DNA of 64,000 nucleotides, taken from NCBI GenBank assembly GCA_963702205.1, contig OY969724.1:32001-96000 (forward strand), given 5' to 3'. Position numbers and translations under genes: made by a program. This stretch comes from an uncultured candidate division Zixibacteria bacterium. Lineage in GTDB: Bacteria; Zixibacteria; MSB-5A5; GN15; PGXB01. Positions 21,001 to 31,848 of this stretch are shown here, one piece after another. Each line of letters starts with the position of its first letter. Position 1 is the first letter of the stretch. The notes beneath the pieces are model-generated. The model saw only the letters and a list, made by a program, of their open reading frames with translations, was not told where the DNA came from and ran no database searches.

Positions 21001-21145
21001 GGTCGGGCTCGAAAGGCTCTCACCCCTGGCCGATGTGGCAGTGGGCGGGCTCCTGGTCGGAACGGTGCTGACATTGATATACATCCCAATGTTCGCCTAC
21101 AGCGTGGAAGGGAAAAAATCGATTCAAACCGGCAATTTAAAATGA
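18060..21145 (+). CDS. RND (AcrB/CusA-type) efflux permease, frameshifted near 18695-18700
   Basis: Two ORFs join as ...DAP-IGFSKNMDS with one missing C in a C run; LVDDAVVVLENI and RFRPVFMT motifs. Confidence 0.88.
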
Positions 21146-21165
21146 TAATGTCAAATGAAATTTAA

Positions 21166-22551
21166 ATGTCTGGATATATCACCCGTATGATACATGGAAT
21201 TGGAAAAAGGCTTTTTATCTCAGGGCTGGTTTTTATTATTTTAGGTGTTATGGTGGTAACCGTAAAGGCAGGAGAGATTTCTTTTGATGGAGAGATCCGG
21301 GAACGATTCGAGACCCTGGATGGAATGAATAAAAAGACCTATGGTGATCATTCCATTGACGCAAAGGGAAATGTCAAAGGCGGCCCGGATGACCGGCTCC
21401 TGCTGCAGCGTATTATCGCGGGATTTACCTACAGGCAAAATGAGCACATCACCTATCATCTGCATATGTATGATGCACGGGTCCGGGGATGGTCTCTTGA
21501 CGAAGATAATTTTATAAAGAACAAAGGGACACCTGATGAATATACCATGGATCCAGATGAAGAATATTTTGAACTCCACGACGCCAACATAGAGATCAAC
21601 GACCTTTTCATCAATGGGCTCTCAACGCAACTGGGTCGACAGAAAATATGGTACGGTGACAAACGTATCTTCGGTCCCGGAGGTTGGGGAAACTCCATCG
21701 GCTGGCTCTGGGATGCGGTGCACTTTTCCTATAAGAAAAATGGCAATTTCATCGATGCATGGTACGGGCAGACAAAGACAAAAGATCCCTGTTCCTTCAG
21801 CCTCCTTGAAAAGCATGCGTACCAGGGTATAGGCTTTTATTCCCATTTCAGGACCATAAAACACGGCGCGATTGAACCGTTTTTCGCCTGGAAAAATAAT
21901 CTGTTTCATAGTGTTACGCCGGAAGAAAAAACATATTACTTTGGGGCAAGATTCTATGAAAAGGACTACAATAATCTCAACTGGGATATAACATATGCTG
22001 GCGAGAGAGGGGACATCGGGAATAAGACTGTTCGGGCCTATGGTTATATTGCCAAGGTGGGATATCTTTTCAGAAACATTCCCATGAGGCCGAATATAGT
22101 CCTCGGACGTGTCTTTGCCAGCGGTGACAGCAACACCACCGATAATACCATCAGGACATTTACAACGCCGTTCGGCTCCACCGACGGCGAGCATTACGGG
22201 CGAATGGATATCATGTCCTGGTCCAACCTGGTAGACAACCAGATTAATCTCTACGTTGACCCGACTGAAAAAAATCATATCAAGCTGTCCTGCCATAATT
22301 TCTTTCTGGATGAACCGGAGGACACATGGAGTTACTATAAATACAGGAACCTGCCGGGAAACAGTTATACACATCTGGGAAAGGAATTCGACTTTCAGTA
22401 CAGGTATGATTACTCCCGTGCTCTGAGCTTTCAGGTGAGTTACGCATATTTTGATGCCGGTGACTTTGTGACGAACAATGTGGAGGACAACGACACGCAT
22501 CGTTTATTTCTCCAATGTACATATCGCTTCCATTTTCCCTTGAGTAAATAA
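21166..22551 (+). CDS. Alginate-export-family outer-membrane porin
   Basis: GEIRERFE, LGRQ..YGD.R, ASGD motifs; beta-barrel-like C-terminus. Confidence 0.75.
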   Translation: MSGYITRMIHGIGKRLFISGLVFIILGVMVVTVKAGEISFDGEIRERFETLDGMNKKTYGDHSIDAKGNVKGGPDDRLLLQRIIAGFTYRQNEHITYHLHMYDARVRGWSLDEDNFIKNKGTPDEYTMDPDEEYFELHDANIEINDLFINGLSTQLGRQKIWYGDKRIFGPGGWGNSIGWLWDAVHFSYKKNGNFIDAWYGQTKTKDPCSFSLLEKHAYQGIGFYSHFRTIKHGAIEPFFAWKNNLFHSVTPEEKTYYFGARFYEKDYNNLNWDITYAGERGDIGNKTVRAYGYIAKVGYLFRNIPMRPNIVLGRVFASGDSNTTDNTIRTFTTPFGSTDGEHYGRMDIMSWSNLVDNQINLYVDPTEKNHIKLSCHNFFLDEPEDTWSYYKYRNLPGNSYTHLGKEFDFQYRYDYSRALSFQVSYAYFDAGDFVTNNVEDNDTHRLFLQCTYRFHFPLSK

Positions 22552-22644
22552 AATATAGAAGACCATCCATGTGAAACTGAGAAGACCCGTACAAAATATT
22601 GAGCATAAAAAAAGATGCCTCCCAAAAGGAGATATGCGGATACT

Positions 22645-24894
22645 TTATCTATTGAAAGATACTGCTTCCACCACACCTGTTGCAACCAGATTTACAACCT
22701 CTTCCACAGTAACACCATATTGGCGAAGATGAACTGGCAACCTTGTACCCATAAGTATAGGGCCCACCGATACGGCTTTACCAATCTGCTGAATCAGATC
22801 AAGTGCCAGGTTCCCGGACTGCAGATCCGGGAAAATAAGGATATTGGCGTTTTCAACAAGTTCGGAAAAGGGAAAGTTTTTTGACCTTAATTTTTCGTCA
22901 ACAGCAACAGCCAGTTGTACTTCCCCGTCTATAATTAATTCGGGAGCACGATCCTTTGCTATCTCCGTGGCCCTTCGCACTTTGTTTGCGAGTGGATGTT
23001 CAACACTGCCGAAGTTGGAAAATGAAAGCATGGCGACACGAGGTTCAAGCCCCAGAGAGCTGACCCTGCTTGCTGTAAGTAATGCAATCTCTGCCAGATC
23101 TTCTGCACTGGGGTCTATATTAACGGCGCAGTCCGCAAGAAAATAGATGTTTTTAGGCAGCAGTATCATATGGTGACTTGAAATCCTTTTTATTTCCGGA
23201 GCAGGACCGATTATTTCCAGAATTGTTCGAAACGACCTGGCATAATGAGTGGATACCCCCGCGAACAGCATGTCTATATCCCCGGTATGAAGCATGAGAG
23301 ATGCGAAATAATCCCGCTCTCGAAGACGTTTTACGGCCTCCGGCCGCATCACACCTCTACGCTGCCCCATCTTGAAATACTCGTCCACATAAAATTCAAA
23401 GCGGGGACTTTTAAGCGGGTCAATTATATTTATACCTTCCAGGTCGAGATCGAGACTTCCGATAACCCTCAGGACCTCTTCACGATTTCCAAGCAGGGTT
23501 GGTTTTGCTATCCCCTCATCCAGTAAAATGGAACATGCACGCAAAATGGTCTCATCTGTCCCGTCTGAAAAAACTATGCTGAGGTTTTCCTGCCTTGCCT
23601 TCATGATTATTTTCCGCATGGTTTCCCGGCCTGTTCCTATTCGGACGGACAATCTTTCGCGATGTGATCGGTTATCTATTGAAATACGGGCAACACCCTC
23701 CTTGATAGCCTGTTGTGCAACAGCCGAGGACTCATATACCAGGATTCTCGGGTCAATAGGTTTTGGAAGAAGATATTCAGGTCCGAAGCTGAAATGCTCA
23801 TCACCATAAGCCCGTTCCACTTCCTCAACCACCTCTTCGCGGGCCAGTTCGGCCAGCGCCCTGGCTGCCGCTATCATCATTCCCTCAGTAATGCGCGTGG
23901 CCTGGACATCCAGCGCTCCCCTGAAAATATAAGGGAAGCTCAGGGTATCCAGAACAGCATTAGGATACAGCCCCACGCCTGTAGCGACAATTATATCTTT
24001 CCTGCTTGATTTGGCTGATTCATAATCGATTTCAGGATATGGAGTGGATAAAGCGAAAACTATTGGAAAGGAATTCATCGACCTGACCATCTCGGGATTG
24101 ATTGTACCGGAAACCGACGCTCCCAGAAACACGTCGGCCCCCTTCAGTCCTTCGGAAAGAGTCCGTGCCGAATGTTTCCAGGCAAAGGCCTTTTTATATT
24201 CAGGCAAATCCTTTCGATCCGGATGCAGTAAACCTTTTCTGTCATACACAAGAAGGTTTTCACGTTGAATCCCCAGGCGTAAAAACAACCTTGCGCACCC
24301 TATCCCCAATGTTCCGATGCCGCATATAACCACACGTACGTCTTCGATCTTTTTATCAACAAGGTCAAGCGCGTTCAGGAGAGCGGCAGAGGCTACAACC
24401 GCGGAACTGTAAAGATTTTCATGAAAAACCGGTATTTTCATCCGTTCACTGAGACGGTCATAAATATGCAAGCCTTCCCGCACACTTATATCTTTAATGT
24501 TTATCCCGCCGAAGGTCGGTTCCAGCATCAGGACCGTATCAATAAACTTCTCCGGATCCGTTGTGTTCAATTCAAGATCAAAGACATCTATATCCGCCAG
24601 TTGCTTGAATATAACCGCTATACCCTCCTGCATCGGTTTTGCTGCCTCCGGTCCCACGTTGCCCAGGCCGGGCACTGAGGAACCGTTTGTCAAAACACCC
24701 ACCAGATTGCCCTTTGATGTATAGTTGAAAATCTTTGACGGTTCCTCTGCGATGAGTTTTGAAGGAAATGTAGCTCCGGGAAGATAGGCCAGCCTCATTT
24801 CCCTGGGGGTCATACAGGGTTTGGAACTGTGTATTTCAATCTTCCCCGGACGTTCGGACGAGTGATACGTCAAGGAATCATTTTCTCTTATCAT
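22645..24894 (-). CDS. MaeB-like protein (malic enzyme plus PTA domain) with degenerate catalytic site
   Basis: Colinear with MaeB throughout, but EGIA replaces EGK, IKDI replaces LEDI and HENLYSS replaces HDDQHGT. Confidence 0.85.
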   Translation of the reverse strand: MIRENDSLTYHSSERPGKIEIHSSKPCMTPREMRLAYLPGATFPSKLIAEEPSKIFNYTSKGNLVGVLTNGSSVPGLGNVGPEAAKPMQEGIAVIFKQLADIDVFDLELNTTDPEKFIDTVLMLEPTFGGINIKDISVREGLHIYDRLSERMKIPVFHENLYSSAVVASAALLNALDLVDKKIEDVRVVICGIGTLGIGCARLFLRLGIQRENLLVYDRKGLLHPDRKDLPEYKKAFAWKHSARTLSEGLKGADVFLGASVSGTINPEMVRSMNSFPIVFALSTPYPEIDYESAKSSRKDIIVATGVGLYPNAVLDTLSFPYIFRGALDVQATRITEGMMIAAARALAELAREEVVEEVERAYGDEHFSFGPEYLLPKPIDPRILVYESSAVAQQAIKEGVARISIDNRSHRERLSVRIGTGRETMRKIIMKARQENLSIVFSDGTDETILRACSILLDEGIAKPTLLGNREEVLRVIGSLDLDLEGINIIDPLKSPRFEFYVDEYFKMGQRRGVMRPEAVKRLRERDYFASLMLHTGDIDMLFAGVSTHYARSFRTILEIIGPAPEIKRISSHHMILLPKNIYFLADCAVNIDPSAEDLAEIALLTASRVSSLGLEPRVAMLSFSNFGSVEHPLANKVRRATEIAKDRAPELIIDGEVQLAVAVDEKLRSKNFPFSELVENANILIFPDLQSGNLALDLIQQIGKAVSVGPILMGTRLPVHLRQYGVTVEEVVNLVATGVVEAVSFNR

Positions 24895-24934
24895 GCAGTA
24901 ACCTCCAAAATAATTTTTTTAGAAAGGTATAATA

Positions 24935-27900
24935 TTAAAGCGTTAACGGATAATGTTTTATCGTCTCCTGAAGCGTCCTCATAAAACTTGTCACCGGACG
25001 GCATTGTAATATCCAGAGTTTATTATTCTCAAAGCAGAATTCAATGTCCAGGGGATACCCGTAGGCTATTTCAAGTCTGCCTGCTATTCTCACCAGATTA
25101 CAAATATCTGCATAACTGAGCGCGGGCTGCAGGCGCCTGTGATAGGGCGTCGAGGAATAAATTACGCCTCTGCCTTCCCATTTATTAAATACTGCCTGCC
25201 TCTTCTTTTCTCTTGTCAGGTAGCGAAAATTAATCGGTAAATCAGGTGTCTCTAGTACTTTCTTGTCTTTTTCCACAAATATCCGGTCACCGGGAACCCT
25301 TCCCATAACAATTCCAGTGCCCAGCCCGGGCCCTGCGTTGATGACCATTTCCTTGAGATTCCCTTCCGCAATGTTTATCGTCTGAAGTACACCTGAGACC
25401 CGGGGAGAAATAATGCGCTGGATTATTACGCCTCCCTCCGGCATTTCATAAACAGACCCCGTGAGCAATCTGTGATATAATGCACGTTCACCCCAGAAGC
25501 CGCCCCACACTCTTTTCAGATATTTTAAAACATCCCCTTCCCCGTGTATAAAAAGAAAAGTGTCGAACAGGCCGGCATTCGTTGTAATCTCTGTGTCCTC
25601 ATCTCCGGCTGAAGATCGTATTGATACATAATCATTTAAATCCCTGTCAGACATCCCTTCACCGGCAATATTTCCAAGGCGTTTGTAAGCAGTAACAACC
25701 TCCTGAATCAGTTCATCTGGAAGAATAGCATCTTCCCATATCTGCAAAATTTTCCGGGCTTTTTGCATATGATCAATATCACGGCGTACTAGCACCTCAT
25801 TTAATGCTCCCCTCAGAGTTCCTGCGGAAGACATCCCAACGATGTTTTTCGTTGCCCTGTCAAGTGGCAGATCCATCACCCGGGTTAAGGCATGGTTGGT
25901 AACAGCAAACCAGGGGGGAACCAGTCCATCTCCTTCCAGCCGCTCTACTTCGGACAGGTTGGCAGCCTTCCAGCCTATCAGGCCGGAAAGTTCAATACCA
26001 CCGTCTTCGGGCCCCAGGATGGAACATTTTTCAAGCTGATTCAGTGAGATTTCATCATTTAATATAATTTTTTCTCTTATCTCGTTGATCGGATTTTTCA
26101 TCACTGTTGAAGTTCCAAGAACAGAATCCAGTCTTTCCAACTGCAAGATTAAATGCCTGACATGATATTTCATCAGCGGTGACAGATTTCCTTCAATATC
26201 CTGAGACAGCAGTTCCAGTTTCTGCTCAAGATCTTTTCTGAAGTGCGTATCCATATCCTCACTTCCGGACAGGTCCACCCTGATATCTTCGAAACCGCAA
26301 CTGCGTAAAGATTCATATGCCTCATTGACTGCGCGCCGAATCCGCAGTATCTTAAGCCGCATATAAAGTATCTCATAAATATTAACATAAGAACGGAGCT
26401 GTTTTTTGAGTTCCTCCAGCAGTGCCCGGTGCCTGAGATTGAGGCTCATATAAGCATCCAGCAGATGGCCCCTGGCAGCTTCCCCCAGGTCAGGATTTTT
26501 CAAGATAATGGAAATCAGGCTTGCCTTCTCGTTTCGGCTTCCACTGTTAAATGAAAGATATTCACTCATAAGCAGTTCGTACACTATATGACATGCCAGA
26601 AAAGGATCAGAAAGCCTTGCAAGCTGTTTATCAAGGCGATGAAGCGCCCGAAGCCTTCTGCCCCTGAGGTTCAGTATAAACTGATTGCCCTTTGACGCCA
26701 TAAGACTTTCGGTAGTTTCACAAAAATGCGCGAGAGTGTCATGGAACTTGATGGCATCCCTGTCCTGGCCCAGAATCGATAAAAAACCTTTCTCCGAGTC
26801 CAGGACAACAAGGTCTCCTTCCTTTATATACTGATTATTCCTGGTGGTGATAGACCTTGCCGATATTTTATAGCCCAGATATTCTTTACTCTCTTCATGA
26901 AACTCGGAGCAGTAGCTGCGAAGGTTCATTTTACCGTCAATAGACTGTTCCCATTTTCCGTTTATAATCATGGAAGGCTTTTTGAACTGAAGAGCAGTAA
27001 GGGCCGAATGACTCAATATCCCTCCACTCGTGGTAACTATACCCGAACAGTTGTATATCAGGGCATTATCATCCAGGCTGACAACCGGCGTGACAAGAAT
27101 TTTGCCTTGAAAATCTTCAGGCGGTCTGTTTTCCGAGTTAAAGAGTATCCTTCCAACAACCCGTCCCGGCGAAACCTTTACCCCTTTTATAATTCTTTCT
27201 CCCTTAAAAGGTACATGTTCTCTCTTCCTGTTAATCTGCCTGAAACTTTCTCCAACAGATTTTACCTTTTCAGGAGAGTCTTCAGTTACCTCCATTCCGG
27301 GCATCAGACAGTTGCCTTCCCGGAGCCATTTTGACAGTTTATTCGCATCCAGGCTAAAATTTGACTTCCAAGGCTTGCCGGGGTCACTTCTCTTCCTGTA
27401 AAGAATCCGGCCATCTGTAAAAAATGAAAAACGTATAATACCCTCTTCATCTCTCAGCACATAAATTCCTATTATCCTGTCAAAAACAGGTATGGAGGTA
27501 TATTGTATCCTGTATCCGTTGAGGATGCCTGAATTTATAAAATATGTATTCTGATCCAGGGGCCTTATCAGGCCGGAAAGTGAAAAAGAAGACGCCATGA
27601 GGCCCTCCGGGTCGGAAAGTATCTCGGCAAAACGTTCCGCTTCCCACTCATTATGAAATAAATCAGAAGGGGCCTGTGATAAACCCCGGGGCCCTTCTAC
27701 AATACCGCCGGATGAAATGGCTTCCCTGAGGGGTTTGAAAATTAAATTTTCGATCTGAAGCTGGCCAATGTCATTTCCCGATGACTGGCTGGAAAAACGA
27801 TGGATATCAAGGCCGAGCTTCCTTAAAGATGTTTTCAGGCCGGTCAAAAGATCTTTCGGCAACGGAGAAGCGATCCGGTCGACATATGGCTCCTTTCCGT

Positions 27901-30007
27901 CCCATATAACCTCCTGATCTCCCGTGGGGCCATGTATCCGGCTGACAAGGATCCCCTGGCGGTCGCCTGTAAGGCACTGCTCCAGTGGAAGCACTCCCCA
28001 TTTTTTGAAGAATCCTGCCCATGCCTCTGTAACCAGGCCGCGCGACTCTTTACCAAGATTCAGGGAGCTGATAACCCAGTCTATATCCATGAAATAAGGA
28101 ACCAGATTAAACAGCATCTCAGCTTTTTCATACAGGTTTTTTGTATCCATGGCCCTGTTTTTATCATAGCGGACACAGATATGAGTAAGGTTAACCTGGA
28201 CATCATATCCGAGGTATTCGAAAAAATATTTAATGGCATCAAGAGACAGGTTGGGATGCTTATCGATCTCCGTTTTACTCACTCCATAATATTCTAGATC
28301 AATCATTCCGCCGTTCAAGGGGTGGGAAAAATTAATTCTGAGGAAAGCAGGGTGATTCCTGAAGGATATGTAGTAATTAATTTCATTCCCGTAACAGAAT
28401 ATCTTCATTCCGGGAAAATCCTTTTTCCCCCGGAGCATCTGCCGTGCATAGGCATCGGCTGCGATCCTGACCGGGTAGGGTATGTGTGTCGGGTCAGGGC
28501 TCTCTTTTTCCGGCTCAAAGTTAATATAACTTATACATGATAAGGCATTAAGGACCTTCTTTTCTGATGCAGTGAGCAGGGAGACAGTTCTGTTCATAGC
28601 ACAACTCGAGTTTATCAGGCGAAAACCCAGCCGGAGCCCCTTTTGATGGAGATAACGTTTCAGCCCGTGCAGTGTTTGAACCTTGCCGAGTTTGGGAGGA
28701 TCCTCGTACATCTGGACAAGCCTGGACAGCTCAAGGGTTGGTCTATTCCTTATTTTTCCCTTCTCTACCTCGGAAAGGATCTGATTTTTAAGTTTACTGT
28801 ATACATCAGGCAATATAGCACTTTCATCCGAATATGATGAAAAAAGCGCCATATAATCGGTAACTATACTGTCCATTGCCGCAAGCAGCCGATTCACTTT
28901 TTCGGGTGTAAGCTGTGCAGTCTCTGTAAAATCAGCTATAATTCTGGAATGGGCAAGATTGTAGGATCGGAAAAGAATAACAGGGTCCTTATCCTTTGCC
29001 CTTTGCTGCTTTTCATCCTGGACACCGCCGTGACATATAAAAAGATAAATATCACTGCCACGTCTGGCATCCTTCCGGGTATCAAACAGCGTTGCCTCGG
29101 ACGGGGAAACCATCAGCGGGAAGGAATCTCCAATTTTGAGGCTGATAAGTCTTTGGGACTCAATACCATAATTGATGCACTGCCATCCAATTCGTGAAGT
29201 AATGTCCTTCAATATGCTCCTGCCGCATGATGACTCGACTTTATTTAGCTGGTTCAGCGCGGGCGAAGACTCTCCGTGCGATGGAGTGATTTGAAGAAGA
29301 TCCATGTATGAGGCCCTGGTGAATAACAGATAAGGCGCAAAAAACCGGAATGCATCTTCTCCCAGAACTTCAAGTGCCACATCCTCCCTGACCGGTTCTC
29401 CAGGTAAGTCCAAAACCCGGGCTGCCAGCCTGCGTAATTTGATATCCTTGTGATGCAGGAATATCCCCGGCGCCCCACCCCTGGCATCAGCAGAGAAATC
29501 TCCTGGTAAACAACTCACTATTTTTGCCACAGCATTAAGATATTCCGCTGTGTTCAAGATGGTTTCATCATTTTCAATTTTATCGGCGAAAAATTCCAAT
29601 ACGTCGGAACCAACCGGCAAGGAGCCTGATTGTGCAAGAGAGGCTGCGAGATCAGCCGCCTTCAGAGCCAATTTTGCCTCCCTTACTGATAAGAGCCCCT
29701 GGAGAAAAGGCCAGGGATTTTTTATATTTATGGTTATATTATAAAAAAGATCAAATAAAGGAGTGACGATATCACCCATTTTCTTCGGTAATAAAGGGAT
29801 TAAAATTTTCAGGTGATCGAGCTCTGCCGAATCGGGCGGAGCTTCAATTAGATTCAGGAGCAGGGAACAGGACGTCCGCACACGCTCAGGGCTCCCCATA
29901 ACAATATTAAATTCTGCAGTTATATCCCTGATAATAGCTGATACTGCTATATTTTTATCTGCATTTGAATAACGCTCTTCATGGCTTTCGGACTTTGATC
30001 GGTTCAT
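24935..30007 (-). CDS. 1690-aa dikinase-like protein (phospho-His domain followed by C-terminal PPDK-type ATP-grasp)
   Basis: GGILSHS His motif; GWKAANL, IRSSA..ED, AGLFDT, DIEF, ILQCRP motifs; ~930-aa unassigned N-terminus. Confidence 0.8.
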   Translation of the reverse strand: MNRSKSESHEERYSNADKNIAVSAIIRDITAEFNIVMGSPERVRTSCSLLLNLIEAPPDSAELDHLKILIPLLPKKMGDIVTPLFDLFYNITINIKNPWPFLQGLLSVREAKLALKAADLAASLAQSGSLPVGSDVLEFFADKIENDETILNTAEYLNAVAKIVSCLPGDFSADARGGAPGIFLHHKDIKLRRLAARVLDLPGEPVREDVALEVLGEDAFRFFAPYLLFTRASYMDLLQITPSHGESSPALNQLNKVESSCGRSILKDITSRIGWQCINYGIESQRLISLKIGDSFPLMVSPSEATLFDTRKDARRGSDIYLFICHGGVQDEKQQRAKDKDPVILFRSYNLAHSRIIADFTETAQLTPEKVNRLLAAMDSIVTDYMALFSSYSDESAILPDVYSKLKNQILSEVEKGKIRNRPTLELSRLVQMYEDPPKLGKVQTLHGLKRYLHQKGLRLGFRLINSSCAMNRTVSLLTASEKKVLNALSCISYINFEPEKESPDPTHIPYPVRIAADAYARQMLRGKKDFPGMKIFCYGNEINYYISFRNHPAFLRINFSHPLNGGMIDLEYYGVSKTEIDKHPNLSLDAIKYFFEYLGYDVQVNLTHICVRYDKNRAMDTKNLYEKAEMLFNLVPYFMDIDWVISSLNLGKESRGLVTEAWAGFFKKWGVLPLEQCLTGDRQGILVSRIHGPTGDQEVIWDGKEPYVDRIASPLPKDLLTGLKTSLRKLGLDIHRFSSQSSGNDIGQLQIENLIFKPLREAISSGGIVEGPRGLSQAPSDLFHNEWEAERFAEILSDPEGLMASSFSLSGLIRPLDQNTYFINSGILNGYRIQYTSIPVFDRIIGIYVLRDEEGIIRFSFFTDGRILYRKRSDPGKPWKSNFSLDANKLSKWLREGNCLMPGMEVTEDSPEKVKSVGESFRQINRKREHVPFKGERIIKGVKVSPGRVVGRILFNSENRPPEDFQGKILVTPVVSLDDNALIYNCSGIVTTSGGILSHSALTALQFKKPSMIINGKWEQSIDGKMNLRSYCSEFHEESKEYLGYKISARSITTRNNQYIKEGDLVVLDSEKGFLSILGQDRDAIKFHDTLAHFCETTESLMASKGNQFILNLRGRRLRALHRLDKQLARLSDPFLACHIVYELLMSEYLSFNSGSRNEKASLISIILKNPDLGEAARGHLLDAYMSLNLRHRALLEELKKQLRSYVNIYEILYMRLKILRIRRAVNEAYESLRSCGFEDIRVDLSGSEDMDTHFRKDLEQKLELLSQDIEGNLSPLMKYHVRHLILQLERLDSVLGTSTVMKNPINEIREKIILNDEISLNQLEKCSILGPEDGGIELSGLIGWKAANLSEVERLEGDGLVPPWFAVTNHALTRVMDLPLDRATKNIVGMSSAGTLRGALNEVLVRRDIDHMQKARKILQIWEDAILPDELIQEVVTAYKRLGNIAGEGMSDRDLNDYVSIRSSAGDEDTEITTNAGLFDTFLFIHGEGDVLKYLKRVWGGFWGERALYHRLLTGSVYEMPEGGVIIQRIISPRVSGVLQTINIAEGNLKEMVINAGPGLGTGIVMGRVPGDRIFVEKDKKVLETPDLPINFRYLTREKKRQAVFNKWEGRGVIYSSTPYHRRLQPALSYADICNLVRIAGRLEIAYGYPLDIEFCFENNKLWILQCRPVTSFMRTLQETIKHYPLTL

Positions 30008-30218
30008 AGTCCATCCTCTTTAATCCGGATGTCCGCGGATAATCTCTTTAAATAATTCAGCGAACAGTATTCAACACCTGCAAAAATGTCAAGGGTAAAA
30101 CATATTGATATTAAAGGGTTTTTATATATTAATGATAAACTGGCCCTTTTGGGGATAAAGAGTTTGACTATGTAATAACTCTTTGTGACAATGCCTGTGA
30201 ATTGAGTGGTTTTTAAAG

Positions 30219-31491
30219 ATGCAGGATAACAGTAATAAAAATAAAAGAGAACAGGGACGGAAGTATTTCAAGGCCGATTCTTCAGGCAGCATAATAATCC
30301 CGGCGGAAACCGCCACAGGACTGGGCATTAATTCCGGAGACCATATCAGATATACCCAAAAGGGAAGCGTTTTAACTCTTAGACTTCCAATGCGACTGGC
30401 AAAGCTGTACGTGGAGGTTACAAATCAGTGCAACCTTAACTGCCGCACATGCATAAGGCATGTATGGGATGAACGGCCCGGTATGATGTCCGAAAAGGTT
30501 TTTGAATCCATAATGGAAGGCTTATCCTCTTTCCCTGATCTTCCTGAAAAGATCTTTTTCGGGGGCTTTGGCGAACCCCTTTCGCACCCCGGAATAATCC
30601 GGATGATCTCCCGCGTTAAAGCCCTGGGCATGTCAGCAGAGCTGATTACCAACGGTACGCTTCTTAAAAGAGAAGATGATTGAACGCCTGATCGAATCCG
30701 GCCTCGATCGGATGTGGATATCCCTTGATGGATCGACCCCTGAAAGTTTTTCCGATATCCGCATGGGCGCACAGCTGCCGAACATCATGGAAAACCTCAG
30801 GCTTTTAAATAAATTGAACAGTGTGGGCGGCCGCGGGTTCTCACAACATATGGAAATCGGCATTGCCTTTGTTGCGATGAAGCGCAATATCAGGGAACTG
30901 CCCGCAGTAATAGATATCGGTAAAAATATCGGTGCAAACCGGGTCCTCGTCACCAACGTGCTTCCCTATACCGAAGCCATGGTTGACGAGGCCATGTATT
31001 ATCGGTCTGTAAACAGAAGAAACTTTGATCTGGATCTGCCGTTGATGGACATGGATGACATTTCATTAGACTCGATCCGAAGGGCGGCGGACACTATAAA
31101 TATGACCATCCCCTTTATCCCTTCGGAAGCACTCAGAAATAAATGTCCTTTTATTGAAGACGGGGCAGGGGCTATCGGCTGGAATGGTGACATCAGCCCA
31201 TGCCTCCCTCTGCTGCATAATCATGAGGGTTTTCTTGGCTTCCTGACCTATGGAACCCGTCAATCGAAAAAATGGGCAATAGGAAACGTGCTTGAACAGG
31301 ATCTCTTTAAGCTTTGGAATACCCAGGAACACAAAGCCTTTCGTGAGCGTGTAATGGATTTTGATTTCTCCCCGTGTATTACATGCGGAGGGTGTGATCT
31401 GTCAGAGAAGAATGAGGAAGACTGCATAGGTAACAGGTACCCGACCTGCGGAGCATGCCTCTGGGCTCAGGGAATAATAAGGTGTCCATAA
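30219..31491 (+). CDS. Radical SAM/SPASM maturase with N-terminal AbrB-like domain, frameshifted near 30666
   Basis: CNLNCRTC, GGFGEP, SPASM Cys motifs (CITCGGC...CGAC...CP); extra A in an A run splits the gene. Confidence 0.85.
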
Positions 31492-31505
31492 GAGATGGGC
31501 TTTTT

Positions 31506-31701
31506 ACCCGATGCTGTTGAATTAAGCCCTCAATTTCAAAAATTCAGCGACATATAACAAACATAGTAATAGCCAACCACTGAGGACACGGAGCCCACGG
31601 AGATTTTATCTTCAAAGCTTTTATTCCGTGCTCTCCGTGGTAAAAACTAATTATCGTATTCACGCCAATGTGAATTTAGGCTTAATTCAACATCAATGGA
31701 T
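31506..31701. repeat. MITE-like inverted-repeat element
   Basis: Perfect 14-bp IR TGTTGAATTAAGCC (31515-31528) / GGCTTAATTCAACA (31679-31692); internal CACGGAG repeats versus CTCCGTG; related end at 53987-54009. Confidence 0.6.
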
Positions 31702-31789
31702 TTTATACCCGTCTCTACATAACATCTCACCGGCAATGAATTTATATCTGCATTGATTAATAGAAAGTTTTAAAAAGTAAATAATTAGT

Positions 31790-31838
31790 TTGACACTTCA
31801 TTAGTTGTACATTACAATTAATTCAACTTGCAACTAAT
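31790..31838 (+). promoter_or_regulatory. Sigma70 promoter with overlapping inverted-repeat operator for marR-hgcAB
   Basis: TTGACA(31790)-17 bp-TACAAT(31813); IRs TAGTTGTA-CAT-TACAATTA and ATTAGTTGTA...TGCAACTAAT. Confidence 0.75.
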
Positions 31839-31848
31839 AAGGAGTGTC

